A stretch of DNA of 64,000 bases from Octopus vulgaris. Taxonomy: Eukaryota. The notes beneath the pieces were generated by a model. The model saw only the letters and a list, made by a program, of their open reading frames with translations. It was not told where the DNA came from and did no database searches. Positions 12,899 to 25,335 of the stretch are shown here, in pieces. The DNA is taken from contig OX597828.1 of NCBI GenBank assembly GCA_951406725.2, positions 3,968,001 to 4,032,000 on the forward strand. Direction: 5' to 3'. The position numbers and the translations under genes were made by a program. Numbering within the stretch: position 1 is the stretch's first letter; every line of letters begins with the position of its first letter.

Positions 12899-13100
12899 AA
12901 GGCGGTGAGCTTGTAGAATAGTTAAGATGCCGGGCAGTATGGATAGTGGTATTTCATTTGTCTTAACGTTCTGAGTTCGACTTTGCCTTGCATTCTTTCG
13001 GGATCAACAAAATAAGTACCAGTTGTGTACTGGGGTCGATGTGATCGGCTATCACCCTCCTCACAAATTTCAGACCATGTGCCTATAGTAGAAAGAATTA
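12899..13100 (+). mobile_element. SINE family B, degenerate
   Basis: AAGGCGGTGAGCT head, ACGTTCTGAGTTC, AATAAGTACCAGTT...CTGGGGTCGATGT. Confidence 0.75.
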
Positions 13101-13109
13101 ATACCATTT

Positions 13110-13530
13110 CGTCCGTCGTTGTTAACGATGATCAAAAACACAACAGCCCGATGCGTACCCTGAAAGCTCTGCCGAAGGTCGACTTCTGGTTGTCCGTTTG
13201 GACTGAAGGCAAGGAGCTATCTCTGAACTTGTGTGATTCTCGCTTTTTTTGTGCCCCTTCAATCCTGTATTGTTCGTATGAGGGGGGGCCTCTACTGATA
13301 CAACTTCTTCTGGCAGGGCGGTCTTGTGCTTTCGTTTCCCATATAGTCAATGTAGCTTCAGGGAGGTGAGGTGTGTTAAACATTCGACATAATATTTGCC
13401 CCACGCCAGCTTCAAGAGAAGAACCAGGAATAGAATATGACATTAAAACACCTAACCAAGGTTTTTGACACTGTCAGTCGTAAGGGACTTTGGAAGGTCA
13501 TAGGGAAATTCGGCTGTCCGGACAAATTCA
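13110..13530. mobile_element. Two decayed RTE LINE fragments in opposite orientations
   Basis: Minus: WETKAQDRPARR...GRAFRVRIGLL (RTE C-terminus). Plus, 13450-13530: LTKVFDTVSRKGLWKVIGKFGCPDKF (RT motif A region). Confidence 0.8.
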
Positions 13531-14202
13531 TGCATGTATGCTTGCACAAAAATATCTGTTTATGCATTCCCAGTTTAAACATTATGATTCAGATCTCAGG
13601 TGAAACCTCGCAAAAATTTAGTACGATCATTCGCTGAGGTGCAAGATTCAGTTAAGTTTAATTTTTTCCCTACTTGCATATCAATGTCTCATTTCTATTC
13701 AATTTCCTTTGTATATATTTCAAAGGATCTGTGAGGTTGAAATAATCGAATATTAAAGAACTTTTGATCACATTGATCACATTTTAGAAACTTAATCATT
13801 ACATATCCGATTTCCCAGTGATATATGCTTTCTATTACTGACAATTTATTGTCAATGAAAAGCGATAATCAGTCAATGATAAAAATGACATGAATTAGAA
13901 AGAGCAAGTAACAAGCCAGATATAATAGTGAAAGAGACAAAGCAACTAATGGAATGACGACCATCATCAATAATGTCTGAAGTAAAAACTGTTTTATGAA
14001 CACTTTCTACAAATTATACAAAAGATATACGCGCTATGGCGTAACTGAAAGGAGCACGGGTTACTAAAGAAAGTAATTCAGTTGAGTATTGCAGTGATAT
14101 GAGTCTTCTGTCACAACAAACTGAATTCAGTTTATGTAATTATATAAACGACCTTTACTTGAACATCTCCATTTTATCTTTCACAATCTGTAGCATTTTA
14201 AT

Positions 14203-15800
<1,598 letters not shown>

Positions 15801-16994
15801 TATATAACCCTTACACTTCAAAGAAGACAAAGAACATTAAAAGCTACGTTAAGCTTTTCGTTTACAATGGCTTTATATTGACGGAAAGAAATTGTATCCT
15901 GAGGTGGTTATTAAAAATAAAAGTGCTATTCTTCGTTAAATTGGTACGGCATATCCTTAAATTCGCATGCTACAATACAAGAGGAATTTATTATATAATT
16001 CAGCACTTGGACAGCAAAGCACATAATAACTAGCGGTCGAAGGACCCGATGAAGATGCTCGGAGTCTTGATAGGATCAGATTTTCAGTTGGATAGGAACT
16101 GATTATGGCCAGTCTCACCCAGAAATGGGCTGAATGGGTGCTGCCTCTGAAAGGCCGGTGTAGAAATAGCAGACGTTTACATCACCTAAGTAATGTTCTA
16201 ACGCTTAGACGACGTACCTCGTCTCCTTGCACATGTTTGAACTTCCGACCACGTAAGATCAGAAGCCCTGAAAGCCACTACCTTGTACAGCATCAGCACT
16301 TTCGGAATGAAGAATTTTTCGCATTATTTCCACGCTAATTGTCGGTTAATGTGTTATTTTCGTCTAATCAGCTTTTCGCCCTAGTCGCTTTGAAAGAATA
16401 CGCGTAATTTCTCACATAAAGAAAATTAGCAGCATAGATTTGAAAGAATAGATTTAAATTTGTAGCTTGACTGAAGAGCAACTACTGAAATTTAGGGAAC
16501 ATAGATCCTGTAAGTTTTAAACAAAATGCAAGTTGGAACGTTTGTGGCAACTATTTATACACACTCAATTGTAATCATAAATATGTATATATTATATAAA
16601 CATTCTATTCATGTTTACTGAGATATAAACTCATTGTTTTGAATTCTTTCTCATGCATCATTCAAAACATTACTGCTCTAATTATGAACACCTCAGATTA
16701 TTTATGCAATGGCTATACATTTACATGAGAATATTCACTTTACATGACAGTCAACCAATATATAATCGCTATATACTAAATGTCCATTTCTATTTTTTAT
16801 ATAAATATGCAAAAAGGTGCATGATGAAAGATTTGTGTCATGCCAGTCTTTAATAAAATACATAAACCTCATTTCAGAATTAAATACGCACAAACATCCA
16901 CACACACACATCCTCACACACACACGCACACACACACGCACACACACACACACGCACACACACACGCACACACACACGCTCATATTGAAATCGC

Positions 16995-17036
<42 letters not shown>

Positions 17037-17039
17037 ATA

Positions 17040-17842
17040 ATGGAAATGGAAACAAATGCTCAAAACGTTATTTTAGTCATATATATCACCGACATATGTT
17101 TCGATAGATGCCTTAAAATAAATCGGAGAGGTGGAATAATGTGGGAAAATGCATCAGTCACATAAGGGAGGATATAAGCAACAGTGCTCATCCATAAGTC
17201 GTTTTTACAGATGTAAGAAACTACAATATATAATATATATATATGGAAAACAAAGGTGTATAGGGAATGCTAATAATTTTGAAATAGTGTTAAGAAATTT
17301 GACGTCATAGGATGAAAGAAGAAGAGAAGGACGATAGAAAGAGAATTAAAGGAATAATGGAGGTATAAACAAATAGAAAGGAATGACAGGTAGATAGAAA
17401 ATATAGAGGAAAAAGTAGAAAATATGGGATGTAAGAATAAATTTGTAGATATTATTTGTAGATATTATTAGGTAATGGGTCAGATATCTTTTGAAATAGC
17501 TGAAAGAATGCTTTTTTTCCAATTTAAACACCTGTAAACACGTTCTTTATAGGTGTTGATAAATAGTTGTTCGTCCGTACAAAGAGAGTAGAAAGATTTC
17601 CCTTTATCATAGGGAAACGATCTTGACAAAATTTTCCAATCGAGAAAAAGTGTTTATTATAGTCTTTAAGTCTTTAAGATGCCAAATTAATTTACTAAGA
17701 CCTGCATTATTACGTTTATGAATATATTTAAATAGAGAAAGATGGTTGGCAACTGTTTTTTTTTTAAATTCCGTGGGTGAAATGCCAATATAAAAATATG
17801 TTTTAGATTCTACAGAAATTTCACTTCACATTGACAAACAAT
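17040..17842 (-). mobile_element. PLE 3' remnant: decayed GIY-YIG EN plus 3' region, related to 9514-11392
   Basis: TYFYIGISPTEFKK..VANHLSLFK...AGLSKLIWHLKD...WKILSRSFPYDKG...ERVYRCLNWKK; HHR 3' half GAAACATATGTC at 17091-17102 is identical to 11323-11334. Confidence 0.8.
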
Positions 17843-17860
17843 TGAACATTTATATATGTT

Positions 17861-17908
<48 letters not shown>

Positions 17909-17910
17909 CA

Positions 17911-18560
17911 CTAGAAGTAATACCCGTTGTGAGAGTAATTACTTTCATTGTTTCTCGGGAGTCACATTCAAAGTATTATTGTATATATAATGTACTCTTC
18001 GTGTATGCATATATTTTTATAAGAGAAACGTATGTAATAATTGAAGTAAAGGCAAATTAAGTTATTGAAGTATTCATGCTGCATTAAGAGTGAATATTTC
18101 TTTATAAACAATGTTTTCTGTTTTATTTTGGGGTGCATAAGCCAAAAGATTTGCTTTTGCTCCCATAAGTGATCCACCTACATAAAGTTTCGCTTCTGAA
18201 TCAGGGTGAGACTACTACTACAGATTTAGATTTACTCTTGAAGTAGAAAAAGATGGTTATCACACATGAATTTCTGTTTCTTTATTATATGACAATAATA
18301 AATGAGATGTAAATGTTATTTTATTTATCAATATAGTAAAGGCAAGTATATAAAAGTATATAATTTAAATAGGTAATTAAGTAATTCTTGAACGTAGTGA
18401 TACTAATGGCAAATTACGTTATTGAATTATTCATGTTGCATTAAGAGTGAATATTTCTTTATAGACAATGTTTTGCTTTATTTCGGGGTGCATTAGCAAA
18501 ACAATTTGCTTTTGGTCCCACACGTCATGCTCCTACATAATGTTGGCCATGTGAAAAGCA
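17911..18560 (-). mobile_element. Helitron 3' remnant with duplicated helicase C-terminus
   Basis: Two diverged copies (~18050-18185, ~18408-18540) encode YVG(A)*RVG...NIVYKEIF on minus, like the PIF1-type LYVAxSRV...NIVYxE terminus; minus strand ends ACGGGTATTACTTCTAG followed by T. Confidence 0.55.
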
Positions 18561-18753
18561 TATTTCTTAAAAACATGTAATAATTGAAGAAGAAGAATTG
18601 AAAAATTCAGTTTCAACGTGAATGAAGGTGCGAAAAGGGCTATATCATTTATATATGACTGTATAATGGCCATGCGAAAAGAAATGCTAAATTACTAACG
18701 CTCTCGTAGAGACATGTACGGTGGTGGGGCGATAGAATTGTTGTATACTGTCA

Positions 18754-18800
18754 ATCTAGGCCGATGAAGGACAATGATCCTGAAACACGTGTCCCTAGAT
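18754..18800 (+). ncRNA. Minimal type-I hammerhead ribozyme (U4C core variant)
   Basis: ATCTAGG-CCGATGA-AGGA caatga TCCT-GAAA-CACGTG-TC-CCTAGAT; cleavage after C18793. Confidence 0.8.
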
Positions 18801-19117
18801 GCAGCTCCGGCGGCCGGGGGTGTTTGTCTCCCCTTCGTAAATGTATATAAGGACACAGGGAAAAATGTGTCAAAGCCATCAGGAGGCGTCGATGCTTCCT
18901 AGGGCTATACAGCGGTGGTGTACCCCCCTATTGTCACGTTCGTGTTAGATTGACAGTATACAACCATTCTATCGCCCCACCACCGTACATGTCTCTACGA
19001 GAGATTTAGAAATTTAGTATTTCTTATTTTGATAATCAGTGAATAGACTTCACTGAGTTATAGATATATACAATACGAAGTCGAGACAAATATCGCCAGC
19101 TGACCGGTGTCTGCTAC

Positions 19118-19162
19118 TCTAGGCCGATGAAGGACAATGATCCTGAAACACGTGTCCCTAGA
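19118..19162 (+). ncRNA. Minimal type-I hammerhead ribozyme, second tandem copy
   Basis: TCTAGG-CCGATGA-AGGA caatga TCCT-GAAA-CACGTG-TC-CCTAGA; cleavage after C19156. Confidence 0.8.
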
Positions 19163-19327
19163 TGCAGCTCCGGCGGCCGGGGGTGTTTGTCTCCCCTTCG
19201 TAAATGTATATAAGGACACAGGGAAAAATGTGTCAATGCCATCAGGAGGCGGCGATGCTTCGTAGGGCTATACAGCGGTGGTGTACCCCCCTACTGCCAC
19301 GTTCGTGTTAGATTGACAGTATACAAC

Positions 19328-19380
<53 letters not shown>

Positions 19381-19474
19381 GGAGTAAACACATAAATGTG
19401 AAACAAGGTGGAAAAAGAGTACTCAAATACTCAGAGTAACAGATTTTGTTGAATTTTCTGCTGCTTAAAATAAA

Positions 19475-19550
<76 letters not shown>

Positions 19551-19772
19551 TCAATATAGGGTGGCAAAAAAAATTTTGTAGAATTCTTTTGCCACCAGCG
19601 GCCTAGTGGGAAAAAATTAAATAGTCATAGACCATTTTTAAGTTCAGCATCAACAATCAAGGAACGGCCATAATAGGCCATTCACCCACTAGAAATAACA
19701 GCCAAAGCTTCAACCGCAAATAAAAATTAATTCCGTAAACCAGGAGAAAATTTAAAAAACATTTACCCTGTA

Positions 19773-19879
19773 ATTTCTTATACGATATACCGTTTCATCT
19801 GCTGATTAATGGTAAACTAACCTGATTAAATTAAATCAAGCCAATCTTCCAAAGGCCCTCAGATTCTTCAGTAAGAAAT
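19773..19879 (-). ncRNA. Type-I hammerhead ribozyme with long stem II insertion
   Basis: ATTTCTTA-CTGAAGA-ATCTG...(inner hairpin CTTGATTTAATTTAATCAGG)...CAGAT-GAAA-CGGTATATCG-TA-TAAGAAAT; GUA triplet. Confidence 0.8.
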
Positions 19880-20264
19880 AGCCCAAGTCGGAACAGATAT
19901 TTTCACGAGGCATTTCCGACCTTGCCAAGGTTATATCTGACCTAAAATTTTCAAATCGTCGCACTCGCGCCAAATTTATCGGCAGCAAATAAATATAAGC
20001 CGTCGATTCCATTACGGAATTAACCAGAAAATTCATAATTAATCAATATAGGGTGGCAAAAAAAATTTTGTAGAATTCTTTTGCCACCAGCGGCCTAGTG
20101 GGAAAAAATTAAATAGTCATAGACCATTTTTAAGTTCAACATCAACAATCAAGGAACGGCCATAATAGGCCATTCACCCACTAGAAATAACAGCCAAAGC
20201 TTCAACCGCAAATAAAAATTAATTCCGTAAACCAGGAGAAAATTTAAAAAACATTTACCCTGTA

Positions 20265-20371
20265 ATTTCTTATATGATATACCGTTTCATCTGCTGATTA
20301 ATGGTAAACTAACCTGATTAAATTAAATCAAGCCAATCTTCCAAAGGCCCTCAGATTCTTCAGTAAGAAAT
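20265..20371 (-). ncRNA. Type-I hammerhead ribozyme, second tandem copy
   Basis: As 19773-19879 except stem III reads CGGTATATCA (one substitution, AUA triplet, loses the first C-G pair). Confidence 0.7.
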
Positions 20372-20658
20372 AGCCCAAGTCGGAACAGATATTTTCACGA
20401 GGCATTTCCGACCTTGCCAAGGTTATATCTGACCTAAAATTTTCAAATCGTCGCACTCGCGCCAAATTTATCGGCAGCAAATAAATATAAGCCGTCGATT
20501 CCATTACGGAATTAACCAGAAAATTCATAATTAATCAATATAGGGTGGCAAAAAAAATTTTGTAGAATTCTTTTGCCACCAGCGGCCTAGTGGGAAAAAA
20601 TTAAATAGTCATAGACCATTTTTAAGTTCAACATCAACATATATATATATATATATAC

Positions 20659-20972
20659 ATGGCTCAGTGGTTAGAGCGTCGATCTTACGATCGTGAGATT
20701 GTGAGTTCGAATCCCGGACCAGGCTGCGTGATGTGTTGTTGAGCAAGACACTTTATTTCACGTTGCTCCAATTCACTCAGCTGTAGAAATGAGTTACCAA
20801 GCTGTATCGGCCCCATTGCCTTTCTGTAGGATAACACTGGTGGCGTGGAGAGGGGAGGCCGGTATGCATGGGCGAGTGTTTGTCTTCCATAAACAATCTC
20901 GTTCGGACTTGTGCTTGGGAGGGTAAATTTCTAAATGCCATCCCACGGTCAGTCATGATCGGAGGGGGTGTC
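20659..20972 (+). mobile_element. tRNA-derived SINE (third family), (CA)n tail
   Basis: A box TGGCTCAGTGG, B box GAGTTCGAATCC, CORE-like TTGAGCAAGACACTT...CACTCAGCTGTAGAAATGAGT. Confidence 0.85.
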
Positions 20973-20994
20973 AGCACACACACACACACACACA

Positions 20995-21051
<57 letters not shown>

Positions 21052-22329
21052 TTATATATATATATATGATTCAGTATCCTAGACTTGCGTACGTTGCGAG
21101 TTATCAAGCTGTTTCAGAACACGAGACTTTCAATCTTTGGGTGACTGTAACTTCTGTCGATTATTAATAAAAAACGTATATATGCTCATGTTTTTAGTTC
21201 TATTTTCTTGTTTGCACGAGGAAACATTTGTGTGTGTGTGCGTACATACACACATGCATAAGTATAATCCGTATCTACATCTGTGACTATGTTTACATGC
21301 ATCCATTTTAATGTTATTGCTTGTCATCTATTTTCAGCTAGAATGTTGTACTAAGATGGAAAAAGAGCGAAAAATAGTAAAAGACGTGCCATTGTATAAA
21401 CGACTTTGTACAGTGGATTTTGTGAAAAAATTATGGAATGATTCTAGAAATGTACTGTTATATATTTCCTTATTGAAGAAGCTGATCATTCTGTTTATTT
21501 TCTATTTTCTGTACTTATTCCGAATTATATTTGCTTGATCTAACAAGTCATTCAAGTTGAAACAAGCTATTTCGGATATATATGTTGTCATTTGGCTGAC
21601 GGAGATTTCAACTGTGTTCCTGGCAAAAAGGAAATTAGATTTCCAGATGTGTATCACTAAAGTCAGATATCAATAAGTCCTTAAATACTACATGCTTCGC
21701 TCTGTCGTTGTATACACACACACGCGCGAACACACAAACGCCCGTGTACGCACAAATATATATATATATATATATGATTGTGTTTGCATATGCATATTTG
21801 TCTATGTATACGTAAATATGTGTGTGTGTGTGTTTTGTGTATGTATATCTGATGTTTCAATTCTTTACTATAGTAATTTAACTAAGTTAATAGAGTAATT
21901 CCCTACCTGTACAGAGGGATCATATACACAATGTGGGTCTGTGATGATATATATAGAAGCATGTTTCAGAAGATTTCCTGTATAGCATGGTCTTCAGGTG
22001 GAGTACTATTTATTTAGGATTACATTAACCATTTGGTAAGTCATAATTTGATGTAAGTTTAGCTAATATTCCGAGTATGTCGTATGACTACTCAGACTCC
22101 CATTTCTCGGCTCTTTTTGTATATGGTTAGTGGATATACAGTAAATGGAAAGTATGGAAATCGACAAAGGAGAAAGACTTGTATGTAACGAGTATTTTCT
22201 GATCTCTATAAAGGGTTTTTTCTTGTTATCATTTGTAAGGTTATTAGTCAGGCACGTTCTGGCTTTGCTAATATAGAAAATTGGTTACATATCGGAGAAA
22301 ATACACAACAAAAAATTCCGTGCATCTTA

Positions 22330-23490
22330 ATTGCTGTATTTAGGGACAACGGTCTACTACTGCTACGAAAATACATTCACAAAGCCTGATATATTTAGGA
22401 AACATCTGCTTCAATAACTTAGGCTTCTCAATCACAACATAAACACAACTAAAATCAGTCTACTTCCTAGATATTACTGAAAATATGGAATCAAGTATGT
22501 ATAAACCATACAAGAAAGATAACAAAGAAATTCAGTATATACATAAACAAACTAACTATCCCCAAAACATTATCACAAAAACATTATTAATAGGAACATA
22601 AATCTCTGACTTTCCTCTTTATCTTTAAATGAAAAAATGCTAACCGAAATAACAACTCTTTATAACGAAGCCCTCAGTAGTTGCGGTTACATGTATAACT
22701 TGCAATAAACAAACAACAATCTTCGCACAATAAATAAAATATGTAAAAATAGAAACAGGAAAATTATCTCGTATAGTCTCCACTTCAACATCCATGTGTC
22801 CACATCAATAGCTAAATTATTTTTCAAACTAATGCAGAAACAGTTCCACCCGCAATTACAAGTATTATAGATTAAAAATAAACAACGTAAAGTTGTCATA
22901 ATTTGAAAAACCTATAGTCAACTAAAACCTCCAAAGACTCCGTAAATTTGAAAACCTAAACTACTTACACATTAGGAATTGCAATTGTAGAATACGTTCA
23001 TACTGTCCTCTACGAGGAAAATGTCTTTCAAGAAATATCGTATAATGTGCAACGGTAACCACAAACAGGTCTCCAATTACAAAATCTACATACATATATG
23101 TAGATATATAGCAAATCAGTTCATACATACACATAGACTATAGCAAAACCGTCCATATATATAAACAGATCTATTGAATACCAGTTCATACATATATGTA
23201 GTTCTTTAGCAAACCAGTTCAAGATACGATACGAACAATACACGTACACTTTTCGCAAGGCAAACAGGCTAAATGATGCATCACTATCCAGTCATATACG
23301 ACAATTAAAATATAAAAAAAACACTGTTTAGCATCAAGCAGAAAATGTTCTCACACGCACAACCATACCAAGGTAATAATAAACCCTGTCAACTTTGTAC
23401 AAATGAATCCTACCGCATTCTAAAATCCGTAGACGAAATCCTGAACCGAAACTCCGAACTAGTCTCTTTTTGCAAGCGCAAAAGTCTTGA
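22330..23490 (+). pseudogene. Decayed PLE RT + GIY-YIG EN (probably Hydra-clade type)
   Basis: LFRDNGL (YRDDG-like), LGFSIT...VYFLDI, YKPYKKDNKEIQYIHKQTNYP, YNEALSSCGY, CNCRIRSYCPLRGKCLSRNIV, QFKIRY, PYQGNNKPCQLCTNE...ILNRNSELVSFC; many stops and frameshifts. Confidence 0.85.
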
Positions 23491-24024
23491 AAAAAAAAAC
23501 CAAATACCTCAAATCAATAATAACTCTACTCCACCCTCCGACACCATAAACTATCCCCATAATATGAAATAAAAAATGCGCTCTTCAACTTTACACTTTC
23601 CCACGGAATAAGTACTCAGAAAATTATCTAAGAGTCTACCTATCGCTAACTAAAATCTCCGCAAAATATTGCCTAACACATTTTTAGGAACCTATATACA
23701 CATCAAACTGAAAGTGCCCTTTCCTTTATTTTTATAAATTCTATTTTTGTTCCTGTTTTTATACATGAATATTTACATACCTTGCATATCAGCATAAACC
23801 TAACCCACATTAGTACAATATTTATTTAGAACAGATTCAGAAGAAATTTATAAACATTTGATAAATAAACTCTACTTTAACAAAACCGGAAGTTATATCA
23901 TTCAGCGTTATAGATTTCTATCCAGTCGCATATACAGATATATAGATATAAAGATAGATAGATATAGCCATCCACGCTTATATATACACATATGCACAGG
24001 TACATACACACACACACATATATT

Positions 24025-24098
<74 letters not shown>

Positions 24099-24692
24099 CT
24101 TTTAAATACATATGTGAATGCAGACATACACAGATACGAGTATGTGTCATATAACTATAACATATAGGCGTATATGTGTCTGGCAGTGCGTGTGAGAATC
24201 AACAGAAATAAATTAAAGTGATCATTACCACGCATTTTAACAATTAGAATATATTAAACAGCATACAAAATCAATTATGGATATATTGAATATACCTTTG
24301 TTTTTTAGAGAATGCACAGTAATCGTTTGGTGGCCATTGTTACCATCAAAGTGAGAAATTGTCAGAATTTCAAAATTGAGACAATCTGAACAACTAAGTA
24401 TTCTCGAAAATGGACAAACAATTATAGAAGGCATAGTCCGATTATCTGGAAATAAGTGTCAGCAACTCATACATATGCATGTACGTATACATAAAAGTGT
24501 AGATACCTACCTAATCGCATATAAGTATGATTATATGACTATTTACACCAGTATATACACACGCATAAGCAAACACAGGCACACACACGGACATACATAT
24601 ATACATGCAAACATGTAAATAAAAGTTATATATATATATACACGTATGTACACTATTAAGACCACTTTACTAATAAAATTCGCATTATAACG

Positions 24693-24777
<85 letters not shown>

Positions 24778-24987
24778 CTAATGTAAGATAAAATTTGTTT
24801 CGCGAAAAAATTTCATCAATGGCCAGCATATCAAAAAATACTTTTAAAGGTTAAATTTATAAATAATTTACAAGATAAGGGCAAAAGAAAAATTCTAATG
24901 CCAAATATGCCGAAACAAAAATTGTCAATAACCATTATAATTTATGTGTCTCGAAACAAACCGATAGAAATTTCTAAAAAAATACGT

Positions 24988-25052
24988 TATTACCGTATTG
25001 GTCCAATTTCGGAGTTAATTCATAAGAATTTTCTCCTTTTCAGCGGCAAATA
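24988..25052 (-). ncRNA. Hammerhead ribozyme copy with G8A core substitution (probably inactive)
   Basis: Mirror of 25130-25194 but the core reads CTGAAAA. Confidence 0.6.
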
Positions 25053-25129
25053 CGCGAGATATAAGTGAAATACTTACTCATACCCACGGTATGAGTGGGT
25101 ATGAGTAAGTATTTCACTTATATCTCGCG

Positions 25130-25194
25130 TATTTGCCGCTGAAGAGGAGAAAATTCTTATGAATTAACTCCGAAATTGGACCAATACGGTAATA
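25130..25194 (+). ncRNA. Type-I hammerhead ribozyme
   Basis: TGCCG-CTGAAGA-GGAG aaaattcttatgaattaa CTCC-GAAA-TTGGACCAA-TA-CGGTA; AUA triplet, cleavage after A25186. Confidence 0.8.
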
Positions 25195-25335
25195 ACGTAT
25201 TTTTTTAGAAATTTCTATCGGTTTGTTTCGAGACACAAATTATAATGGTTATTGACAATTTTTGTTTCGCCATATTTGGCATTAGAATTTTTCTTTTGCC
25301 CTTATCTTGTAAAGATATATATATATATATATATA

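Larger units (their letters stand above)
18682..19335 (+). mobile_element. ORF-less PLE pseudo-LTR/retrozyme-like element: inverted segment plus 363-bp tandem units
   Basis: 18682-18758 is the reverse complement of ~18946-19022; 18755-18972 is repeated at 19118-19335; ends in (TA)n. Confidence 0.85.
19543..20638 (-). mobile_element. HHR-containing tandem repeat, 492-bp unit x ~2.2, flanked by (TA)n
   Basis: ATAATTAATCAATATAGGGTGGC recurs at ~19543, 20035 and 20527; identical ORFs 19836-20036 and 20328-20528 confirm the period. Confidence 0.9.
24867..25313. repeat. Near-perfect fold-back palindrome (~220-bp arms, 7-nt spacer) within (TA)n, PLE pseudo-LTR-like
   Basis: Arms 24867-25087 and 25095-25313, spacer GGTATGA; few mismatches and a 2-nt indel. 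Confidence 0.92.

Noticed and set aside
20659-20730. tRNA gene
   Set aside because: No acceptor stem; continues into a SINE body.
21075-21120. Minus-strand CTGAAAC...GCAACGTACG
   Set aside because: Several core mismatches and no stem I.
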